From an uncultured Nitrososphaerota archaeon (GTDB lineage: Archaea; Asgardarchaeota; Njordarchaeia; Njordarchaeales; Njordarchaeaceae), in the NCBI GenBank assembly GCA_964518475.1, contig CAZFGR010000001.1, positions 160,001 to 224,000 on the forward strand: a stretch of DNA of 64,000 nucleotides, read 5' to 3'. The position numbers were made by a program, and so were the translations under genes. Below are positions 39,956-48,155 of the stretch, piece by piece. The notes beneath the pieces are model-generated. The model saw only the letters and a program-made list of their open reading frames with translations. It searched no databases and was not told where the DNA came from. The first letter of the stretch is position 1; the number at the start of each line of letters is the position of its first letter.

Positions 39956-40945
39956 ATGGAAGATAGTCGAGTAGAAAGCATAATTGGAACAGAGGAAGAC
40001 ATAGATGTTAGTCTTGTTAGGGATACATGGATAAGAATCAAAGATGAGCTTAAGAAGGCCGTAATAGGAATGGACGATGTCATAGAATTTATGTTCATAG
40101 CTCTCTTATCAGAGGGTCATGTTCTTCTAGAAGGACCTCCTGGAATAGCTAAAACATACGCTGCACAAAACTTCTCAGCCACTTTAGGACTAGATTTTAG
40201 ACGAGTTCAAATGACTCCTGATTTATTACCGTCAGATATTATAGGAACTATGATTTATGATCAAAAAGAGGCTACGTTCAAATTTAAGCGAGGTCCAATC
40301 TTTACGAATGTATTACTGGTTGATGAGATAAATAGAGCGCCCCCAAAAACTCAGGCAGCCCTCTTAGAGGCTATGGAGGAAAAACAGGTAACAGTAGAGG
40401 GTGTTACATATCCGTTGCCTAAGCCATTCATTGTTTTAGCAACGCAGAACCCTATAGAGATGGAAGGAACTTATCCATTACCTGAAGCACAAGTCAGCAG
40501 ATTTATGCTTTATCTCAAGCTTAGTTACCCAGACTCTGAAACAGAACTCGAAATAATAAAGCTTAAGCACCGTACTATGAAGCGCGTTCTCGTAGAACAA
40601 GTAACAAGTGAAAAAACCATTTTGCTATTACAAAGGATTGTTCAACAAAGAATCCATGTTTCAGAGAGTGTAATGAGATATATAAGGGACATAGTTATTG
40701 CTTGTCGCAAGGATGCTAGGGTACTACTTGGCTGTTCCCCTAGAGCATCAATAGCTCTCTTGTTGGCCTCTAAAGCCTATGCAGCAATGCAAGGTCGTGA
40801 CTATGTTATCCCAGATGATGTTAAATATGTTGCTCTTCCAGCATTAAGACATAGAATAATCCTAAAGCCTGAGATAGAGTTAAGTGGTGTTACGACTGAC
40901 AATGTAGTACTTTCAATCTTACGATCTATAAGTATTCCCGAATAA
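39956..40945 (+). CDS. moxR: MoxR-family AAA+ ATPase
   Basis: GHVLLEGPPGIAKT, TPDLLPSD, DEINRAPPKTQAALLEAM, ATQNPIE. Confidence 0.97.
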   Translation: MEDSRVESIIGTEEDIDVSLVRDTWIRIKDELKKAVIGMDDVIEFMFIALLSEGHVLLEGPPGIAKTYAAQNFSATLGLDFRRVQMTPDLLPSDIIGTMIYDQKEATFKFKRGPIFTNVLLVDEINRAPPKTQAALLEAMEEKQVTVEGVTYPLPKPFIVLATQNPIEMEGTYPLPEAQVSRFMLYLKLSYPDSETELEIIKLKHRTMKRVLVEQVTSEKTILLLQRIVQQRIHVSESVMRYIRDIVIACRKDARVLLGCSPRASIALLLASKAYAAMQGRDYVIPDDVKYVALPALRHRIILKPEIELSGVTTDNVVLSILRSISIPE

Positions 40946-40957
40946 GGTGAAAAGTTC

Positions 40958-42361
40958 TTGTTGACTAAGAGAGGAGGCTTATTACTCTTACTAGGTGCAT
41001 CCTCAGAGCTTCTTGCACTATCCTTCTATGGTTTAAAAGACTTTCATGCATTTATTCTCCAGACACTTCATTTTGATTTGAAGACATTCGTGCCAAATAT
41101 CGATTCGATGATACTTATCTCACCTTTCCTACTAATACTAGGCAGTATGATTCTATCTAGTGTCCTTTTTTCTTATATATCGTTTAGTAAGACAGCTAAA
41201 ATAGAAAGCATCGAGATAGAGAGAAAGATTTCTGATCAAAGAAGATTTGCAGGTGATCTCGTCTTAGTTGAACTAACAATTAGAAACAAAACTATGTTTT
41301 GGATTAGCAACTTGTTTATCAGCGATATTGTCCCCGATACATTTGATATAGTATTTGGAGAAAATTACGCATCACTCACACTTCCTCCTAGGGGAGAGGT
41401 TACATTTTCCTATGTCCTTCGTTGCGGCACTAGGGGTGTCTACTATATTGGACCTTTGCAAGTTGTGTTTCAGGATAAGGTATCCCTATTCATGAAAGAA
41501 CATCTCGTAGAAAATAAAACGGAGATCATTGTTTATCCTTCGTATGAAGATGTTAGGAGATTTGAATTTCTCCAAAAGATGTATGGGGGATTACTATTTG
41601 GACGATACAGAGTGCGAGAGAAGGGCCATGGATACGATTTTTGGGGCTTAAGGAAGTATCAAATAGGGGATAGTCTAAAATTCGTTGATTGGAAGACAAC
41701 AGCAAAAAAAGGAGAGTTATACGTAAAAGAATATGAAAGCGAGAAGAATGTAAAGATGTATATTTTCATAGATTGTGGCCTAAGCATGGGCGTGGGTTCT
41801 AAAAGATTTACCAAGCTTGACTATGCAACAAGAGCTGCTATCTTACTTGCTTATATAGCTAATCGAGGACAAGATTTCTTTGGCCTTGTCGCTTATTCAG
41901 ATAAATTAATAGACTTTTTGCCAGCTCGTAGAGGAAGACGCCATTTTTATAACCTACTAGATAAAATGGCTAGACTTGAACCGAGAGGAGTTTCTAACCT
42001 CCAAATAGCCATGCGAGAATTCATTCTTAGAGAACCCAGATTTTCATTAGCAGTGATAATATCGGACCTTGAAGGAGACCCTTCAAACATAGAGGAGGGC
42101 ATTAGAATAGCCTTAGCTCACAAAGTTTACCCTATAATAATAGCCCCCATAGGTCCTCTTTTTGAACGCTTATATGGAGATAAATACACAGAAGCTCTAA
42201 AGGAAATTGCTTTAGCCGAATACATGAAACAGCGCTATGAAATAAAAGAAAAATTAGCTAAATATGGAGTTTTTGTCATAGATGTAGGACCAGAAGATAT
42301 CTTGGCCGCGACACTAGAGGTATTTCTGAGGGCAAAAGGTAGAAGTATTGCTATTGTGTAG
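40958..42361 (+). CDS. DUF58 / vWA-domain protein
   Basis: RGVY, LRKYQIGD, VDWK, DCGLSM, IISD. Confidence 0.9.
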   Translation: MLTKRGGLLLLLGASSELLALSFYGLKDFHAFILQTLHFDLKTFVPNIDSMILISPFLLILGSMILSSVLFSYISFSKTAKIESIEIERKISDQRRFAGDLVLVELTIRNKTMFWISNLFISDIVPDTFDIVFGENYASLTLPPRGEVTFSYVLRCGTRGVYYIGPLQVVFQDKVSLFMKEHLVENKTEIIVYPSYEDVRRFEFLQKMYGGLLFGRYRVREKGHGYDFWGLRKYQIGDSLKFVDWKTTAKKGELYVKEYESEKNVKMYIFIDCGLSMGVGSKRFTKLDYATRAAILLAYIANRGQDFFGLVAYSDKLIDFLPARRGRRHFYNLLDKMARLEPRGVSNLQIAMREFILREPRFSLAVIISDLEGDPSNIEEGIRIALAHKVYPIIIAPIGPLFERLYGDKYTEALKEIALAEYMKQRYEIKEKLAKYGVFVIDVGPEDILAATLEVFLRAKGRSIAIV

Positions 42362-42376
42362 GAGGAGACGCAATAT

Positions 42377-43579
42377 ATGAGTATACTATCTCCTTTAACC
42401 GAAAGACTTCGCAAAGAAAGAAAGATTCTCTTTGCATTCGTAATTTTAATAAAGGCAATTCTCTTTTTCGGTGGTTTATATCTGGTTTATTTATTTCTTA
42501 ACGTGTTAAATATTGGTTTTGAGCCATTGCTTTTTTTGCTTCAATTCTTTCAGACATTGAAAATGTATCTAATTCTTATCTTGCTATACTTAATTACGTT
42601 CGTGGTATACCTTCTCTCACCTAATGCTGACTTTACAAAATTATTCTTTAGCACTCTACTGGCTTACTTCATAACAATTTTTAATACCCAGCCATCAACG
42701 GACTTACTCACTAATCCAGCTCTTCTACTTGAGTTTATATTGCAGCATTACTTAGAAATGTTAGAAGCAACAGTACTCATACTTATCATACTTGCCACTC
42801 TCACGATAATAGGATTCTCAAGAACATTAAGATATGAAAAGCTACTCAATGCTTGCTTATTAGTGCTTTTTGCATACATTTTAGGAGTTATGTTCACTCC
42901 AACTCTTTCGTTAGAGGAATTCCCTTACACCTCTATTCAATCTGTATTCTCCTTAGAAGGAATAACAACTTTACTAAGTCTAAGAGAAATAATCTTTATC
43001 CTTTACTTCTTCATCTATGTAGAACTATCTGCCCATTTAGCCTACGCTGCTCAACAATTGAACGCTATTGCCGAAAAACATAAGAGAATCTCTAGGCAAT
43101 TAACGCGCATACAAAAGGAATCTAGTAAGGGAGCGAAAATAGAGATATCTCTTCCTCAAAATTTCACCGAAATCCTAAGCCCCTTAGCTACTACGATACT
43201 ACGGGATGCTTATGAAGGATACGCCTTTCTAGGCGAGGGTACATCGCTGTATGTTACCTCAAAAGTAATTGGATACATAGAGGAGATGTCAAAGAAACGA
43301 CCAGAGATCATTCCTCAAATAACGGGTCGAAAACTAGTATCCTCTACTTTACGCTTCCTTGGATACGTTCTTCTACCATCCCTTATTCTAAGAATATTCT
43401 TCGGAATATTTGTGATTATCAGCAGCTTCCTCGTAGCGGCTCAAATTATAGCGCGTCTTGCTAGCGGATATATCTTTGAAAGTACACTTATTCAATCATT
43501 TGTGTATGCGACCCTAGCTGTGATGTCTCTAGCTTATATAATCTCCACATTACCATCTGTCATTAGTAAAAGGAAGTAA
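42377..43579 (+). CDS. Polytopic membrane protein
   Basis: Multiple TM segments; last gene of the MoxR cluster. Confidence 0.75.
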   Translation: MSILSPLTERLRKERKILFAFVILIKAILFFGGLYLVYLFLNVLNIGFEPLLFLLQFFQTLKMYLILILLYLITFVVYLLSPNADFTKLFFSTLLAYFITIFNTQPSTDLLTNPALLLEFILQHYLEMLEATVLILIILATLTIIGFSRTLRYEKLLNACLLVLFAYILGVMFTPTLSLEEFPYTSIQSVFSLEGITTLLSLREIIFILYFFIYVELSAHLAYAAQQLNAIAEKHKRISRQLTRIQKESSKGAKIEISLPQNFTEILSPLATTILRDAYEGYAFLGEGTSLYVTSKVIGYIEEMSKKRPEIIPQITGRKLVSSTLRFLGYVLLPSLILRIFFGIFVIISSFLVAAQIIARLASGYIFESTLIQSFVYATLAVMSLAYIISTLPSVISKRK

Positions 43580-43684
43580 TTCAGGCACCGAGTGGAGCCG
43601 TTGATTACTACATTATTCGGAAATTTTTTATGATGATATCGACCGATGTTTCCATAAGCTAGGTGCTCTTAAATTGGTGAAGAA

Positions 43685-44602
43685 GTGATGTTAGATGTTA
43701 CAGCAATAGGTAATCCCGTATATGACATAATAATAACACCATATATAAGGACTAATGGACGTGTACTATCTGGCTGTAGCACGAACTCCGCCTTAGCTAT
43801 CGGAAAACTTAGTGGTAAAGCGAGCATCGTAGGTAGAATAGGCAATGATTATTTGCCTGATTTTACACACGTTGCAGCAAGATATAACGTAAAGGTATAT
43901 CCGATTATTTCAGAAGAGACTGGCGGTTTCTATCTGAGATACTTTGATGAGACAATGAATGATAGGGAGTTAAGAATCTTAGGAATCGCCGGAAAAATAT
44001 ATTTCAAAGACGTACCACCCGAAGCATTAAACGCTAGAGCTATAATCCTTGGCCCAATCCTAAAAGAAATAGACCTGGAGTTTGTTAAAGAGCTAACTAG
44101 GGAGACTGACGTTCCCATCCTCGTGGATCCTCAGGGATTAATAAGAGAAATTAGAGAGAACAGAATTGTCAGAATAGCCAATGATGATGTGTATGAAATA
44201 ATTAAATTAACTCATATAACAAAACCAAACGAGCACGAAGCAGAAGTACTATTTCCCAATATGGAGCCGGCGAAAATAGCTAAGAAGATTTATCTGTTAA
44301 ATAAATTCGCTGGAATCGTCACTTTAGCGGAGAAAGGATCAATTATAGCTTTCGACAAGGGAGTGTATCATATACCTGCGTATAGAACTATTGAAAGAGA
44401 CCCAACGGGTTGCGGAGACGTATACGCGGGTGCTTTCATGTACTATTATCTCAAAAACGAAGATCTTTTAGAAGCAGGCGTTTTTGCATCAGCAGCAGCA
44501 TCTTTTATGGTAGAAACTACGGGGCCTCATTTTAGATTGGAATTAGGAGAAGTTATTAAACGTTTTGAAGTGCTAATCGAGAAAGTCAGGAGGATAGAGT
44601 GA
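43685..44602 (+). CDS. PfkB/ribokinase-family kinase
   Basis: VDPQG, KPNEHE, DPTGCGDVYAGAF. Confidence 0.92.
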   Translation: MMLDVTAIGNPVYDIIITPYIRTNGRVLSGCSTNSALAIGKLSGKASIVGRIGNDYLPDFTHVAARYNVKVYPIISEETGGFYLRYFDETMNDRELRILGIAGKIYFKDVPPEALNARAIILGPILKEIDLEFVKELTRETDVPILVDPQGLIREIRENRIVRIANDDVYEIIKLTHITKPNEHEAEVLFPNMEPAKIAKKIYLLNKFAGIVTLAEKGSIIAFDKGVYHIPAYRTIERDPTGCGDVYAGAFMYYYLKNEDLLEAGVFASAAASFMVETTGPHFRLELGEVIKRFEVLIEKVRRIE

Positions 44603-45198
44603 TGACTCGATTACGGGAATGGTATGAGAGAACTACTCTCCCTCTTGGACGAGCACTAGCGAAACTTCATATTACTCCGAATCAGATTACAATCTTATCA
44701 ATTCTAGTTGGTCTATTTCCTCTCTATTTCTTATGGCAGAGAAGAATCCTTCTCGGTCTCGCGACTCTATTACTTGCAGTTTTTATGGATATTCTAGATG
44801 GATCCTTAGCAAGAGCAACAGGAAAAGTGAGCGAATTTGGACAAATACTTGACCACTTCGCCGATAGAACGGTTGAGTTTGAGATAGTCCTTGGTTTAAT
44901 CCTTGGAGGCTATGTAACTGGATGGTTGGGAACACTAATGTATTTTACTATGATAATGCCCAGCTACATAAGAGCAAGAGGAGAAGCGGTATCGGGTATA
45001 TCAGCACAGGGTGTTGGATTATTCGAGAGAAAAGAGAAAATTTCTTCCATAGTCTTTGGTCTAATTCTGGAAAAATACTTACCAGGCACTTTCTACTACG
45101 TAGCTCTGGTCATCTCTGTATTATCCTTCATTACATCAATTCAGAGATTAATGTATTTCAGACGGAACTTAAGAGAGAAAAAAACTTGTTCCCAATGA
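44599..45198 (+). CDS. CDP-alcohol phosphatidyltransferase (archaetidylinositol phosphate synthase-like)
   Basis: TPNQIT, DILDGSLAR...FGQILDHFADR, SYIRARGE, GLFERKE. Confidence 0.9.
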   Translation: MMTRLREWYERTTLPLGRALAKLHITPNQITILSILVGLFPLYFLWQRRILLGLATLLLAVFMDILDGSLARATGKVSEFGQILDHFADRTVEFEIVLGLILGGYVTGWLGTLMYFTMIMPSYIRARGEAVSGISAQGVGLFERKEKISSIVFGLILEKYLPGTFYYVALVISVLSFITSIQRLMYFRRNLREKKTCSQ

Positions 45199-45386
45199 TG
45201 TTAACTATTATCACTTTTCCTATAAAATCTGAGATGTGTCTTAAGATAGAAAACTAAAGGTTTTTTATGAGATGTCTGCTTAATATGCCTGACGAAAAAC
45301 TGTAAATAATTAAAAAATAATAAAAAATGAGAACAGAAACTTATCATCCAATTCGTTAATATACTAATGCAGCGACTGCAAAACTC

Positions 45387-46177
45387 TTACTTCTTTCTGC
45401 GTCCCGTTCTCCTAGGAGCAATAGCTCCAACTTTTCTGCCAGGTGGTGCATGTCGCGAGACACTCTTGGGCTTGCCAGGGCTCTGATCTCGCCCGCCTCC
45501 AAAGGGGTGGTCACAGGCACTGATGGGACGGGAGCCCCCACGAGTGTGTAGTGGGACTCCCGTCCTTTCATCGCCACTCCTCTGGTTCTTGGCCATTTGT
45601 GTGCTTTTACTCTCCATTTGTGGTAGGCGTTGCCTGCTTTTACTAGTGGTAGTTCGTCTTTTCCTGTTCCGGCTACTATTCCTATTTGTGCTCTGCTGTT
45701 CCAGTTTATCCTTATTATTCTTTTTCCGGGGAGTTCTAGTTCTGTTTGTTCTAGGTGCGCGTGGTGGGCTCTTATTATTGCGTATGTTCCTGCTGCTCTT
45801 GCTATTTTTCCTCCATCGCCTGGTCTTATCTCTATGTTATATACGGGTGTTCCTTCTGGAATCTTTCTTAGTGGTAGCGCGTTCCCTATATCGATTTCCG
45901 CATTCTCTCCGATTTGAATCTCCTTCCCCGTGTATAATCCTTCTGGAGCTATTAGCCAGATTTTTTCTATCACTCCATTGGCTCTTACAAACTTCACTAA
46001 TGCTAGTGGGGCATACCTTCCGGGTTCCTTATACAATTTAAGCACTGTGCCTCTGGCAACATCTTTCATAGCTTCTGGCCAGTCTGGGATTTTTACATCC
46101 GCTACTCTTATTCCTGGAGGAGCTCTGTATACTGATGTTCCTCTCCCTACCCTTTGAGCTCTTATGCGCTTACCCAT
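45387..46177 (-). CDS. rpl2: 50S ribosomal protein uL2, spliced: complement(join(45387..45519,45567..46177)), 247 aa
   Basis: MGKRIRAQR...WPRTRGVAM in one frame and DHPFGGG...PPGRKVG...RRTGRRKK in another; removing 47 nt gives [15 protein letters not shown]. Confidence 0.95.
45520..45566 (-). other. BHB microintron in rpl2 mRNA (47 nt, frameshifting)
   Basis: Minus strand ggc-GATG-AA^A-GGACGGGAGTCCCAC...GTGGGGGCTCCCGTCC-CATC-AG^T-gcc; strict hBHBh'. Confidence 0.95.
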
Positions 46178-46440
46178 TACTATCACCTTTGTACTATTGC
46201 TTAGATTCAATAAAGGCTAGTGAATATAAATTGTATAGTTTGTGATTCCATTCCAAAGGTTTTACTGGATTACCATTCTCACCAATTATTTGCACACAGC
46301 ACTTTTGTTTCCGAATAGTTCCAACTTATTGCTTTCCTAAAATACTTTCTGATCATTATGATTAAAAGCACAGAGAAGCTTCTAGTCTTGGTAAGGAAAA
46401 ATATTTTAATACTCTCCTACTGTTACCTCTAAAGTTATGT

Positions 46441-46470
46441 GCTGAGCCGGGAATAGAGCCCGGTCTCGGC
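46441..46470 (+). promoter_or_regulatory. GC-rich 5'-leader hairpin just before the rps6e RBS
   Basis: GCTGAGCCGGG-aatagag-CCCGGTCTCGGC, then GGTGGTGA and ATG at 46484. Confidence 0.5.
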
Positions 46471-46483
46471 TGGTGGTGATACC

Positions 46484-47401
46484 ATGTCCTCGCGCAAGAC
46501 TCATCCTCTTCAGTTAGTAATTAATGATAGTTCAACATTTTTGGGCACTGGTATTTCGGTTAAGTTTGAGATAGAGGACGAAAATGTAAAGACCTTTTTC
46601 TATAGTAAGCGAGTTGGCGACATTATAGAAGGGGATTCGATAGGCTTTCCAGGATACAAGTTTCAGATTCGCGGTGGAAGCGATATCGCTGGTTTTCCTC
46701 ACCTAAAAGGGATTCCCGGTACTGGTCTTAAACAGGTTCTTAAAAGTGGCCCCCCGGGTTATAGACCGAGGAAATATAAGGTCGAGAAGAAGACGGGAGG
46801 TTATAAAATCATTAACCTTAAAGGTGTTAAAAAGAAGAAGACTGTTCGCGGAGAGGAGCTTTCAGAATGGACAAGACAAGTAAATATGGTCATTCTAGAG
46901 AGAGGTGGGAGAGCCGTCCATGAGTTAAATGAGAACGAAATGCTTAATGATCACATACTAGATCAATTATGTTTCAGATTAGGAAAAACTGTGCTCAAAT
47001 GGGGTTTAGAAGGCGTTGTAATCATAAGTGATGGCTCAGAGGAAACCTTAGAAAAGGTCCTTGAGAACTATAACATAAGGCAGGACAGTGATTTTTTCAT
47101 TAAACTCGCTAAAAAATTAGGCGTTAGATTAGTAAAACTTGGCAAAGAAAATTTGAAACGCGTGTTTGAGCCACTTAGAAAAGTTAGTAGAAAGCACCCT
47201 CACCCATTGGGTCGCTATATTGCTTGGACTTTATATAACTTCTACAATGCTTTGAAGGAAAATAAGATCGACCTCTCAAAAGAAGATGAAGTCACAGAAG
47301 ATCTAGTTAATAAGATCATGCAAGGCGTTAACGATTGGCTTTCGGGTAAAATGAAAAGAGGCCCCAAATTTAGTTTTAGGATAGTAGAGACTCCTCAGTA
47401 G
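46484..47401 (+). CDS. rps6e: 30S ribosomal protein eS6 with long C-terminal extra domain
   Basis: LVIND, GYKFQIRGGSDIAGFP, KTVRG, QVN; about 165 extra C-terminal residues. Confidence 0.9.
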   Translation: MSSRKTHPLQLVINDSSTFLGTGISVKFEIEDENVKTFFYSKRVGDIIEGDSIGFPGYKFQIRGGSDIAGFPHLKGIPGTGLKQVLKSGPPGYRPRKYKVEKKTGGYKIINLKGVKKKKTVRGEELSEWTRQVNMVILERGGRAVHELNENEMLNDHILDQLCFRLGKTVLKWGLEGVVIISDGSEETLEKVLENYNIRQDSDFFIKLAKKLGVRLVKLGKENLKRVFEPLRKVSRKHPHPLGRYIAWTLYNFYNALKENKIDLSKEDEVTEDLVNKIMQGVNDWLSGKMKRGPKFSFRIVETPQ

Positions 47402-47693
47402 ACTCGCCTAAAATGTCCGATATGGGATAAATCGTTATTCTCAATTTATATCTCTCAGCGACTTCTTCTAACTTTTTTCTTAGGCGTAAATATAGAGTTT
47501 CGGGCTCTCTAGAAGCTGTAACTAGCAATGATATATTTGCAATCTTCTTTCCTGGCCCTATGAAAATTGTATGCCCTCTTATATCTTCTATATTCCCATT
47601 AAGTTCGCTTATTATGGAAGATATCTCAGCAAGTAATCCTGGTCGATCTCTTCCTATTATAGTAATTATCACGCTACTATTCATTTTGATCAC
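47376..47693 (-). CDS. ACT-domain protein
   Basis: ITIIGRDRPGLLAEIS...GNIEDI. Confidence 0.9.
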   Translation of the reverse strand: MIKMNSSVIITIIGRDRPGLLAEISSIISELNGNIEDIRGHTIFIGPGKKIANISLLVTASREPETLYLRLRKKLEEVAERYKLRITIYPISDILGESTEESLLS

Positions 47694-47705
47694 TCAATAA
47701 ATTAC

Positions 47706-48005
47706 TCAGATATTTTCTTCATATTTTAACCATTGTATTGGAATATTCTGGTACCTCCCATCTGGTAGCCATCTTTGAACGGTTATAGGTAATAATCCAA
47801 GCCTAAGTTCTAGCTTTGCTATGTCGACTTCATTCATTCGACTTATATCAACATTTGATAAGGGTACTAGAATAGGAGCTCCAAAGGCTATTTGCGTTGC
47901 GCGTGCACCTATTATTCTGGCTATCTCATAGATTGTTAACCTTGGCGGCCCTATCTCTACTTTATTGGACTTTATCTCTATCGGTTTTTTCGAATTAAAA
48001 CTCAT
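47706..48005 (-). CDS. rpoK: RNA polymerase subunit Rpo6 (K)
   Basis: GPPRLTIYEIARIIGARATQIAFGAP, LPITVQR-LPDG. Confidence 0.96.
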   Translation of the reverse strand: MSFNSKKPIEIKSNKVEIGPPRLTIYEIARIIGARATQIAFGAPILVPLSNVDISRMNEVDIAKLELRLGLLPITVQRWLPDGRYQNIPIQWLKYEENI

Positions 48006-48155
48006 TCCATAAGCCCTCCTCCGAAGAATAACTCCCTAGAAAAGAGCCTTTTCTATACTAACTCTGTGCTATTTAAAAATTATCTCTTAATCAGTGCTAT
48101 ATCGATCTATTAGCAAAATGATTTTAATGGTTATAATAAATCTACTTGTTTAAGC

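Noticed and set aside
43630-43690. ATGATGA box-C-like motif before the PfkB gene
   Set aside because: No correctly spaced D' or D box.
45523-46041. 172-aa Leu/Phe-rich plus-strand ORF
   Set aside because: Antisense shadow of rpl2, opened by the T-rich composition of the biased tract.
45356-46210. rpl2 (and rps12) as frameshifted pseudogenes or sequencing errors
   Set aside because: Both exons are intact and the inserts are structured with correct BHB cut registers; random errors would not produce this.
46765-46825. In-frame intron explaining the eS6 insertion
   Set aside because: No 4-bp central helix with two 3-nt bulges and no GC-rich stem; it reads as normal coding sequence.
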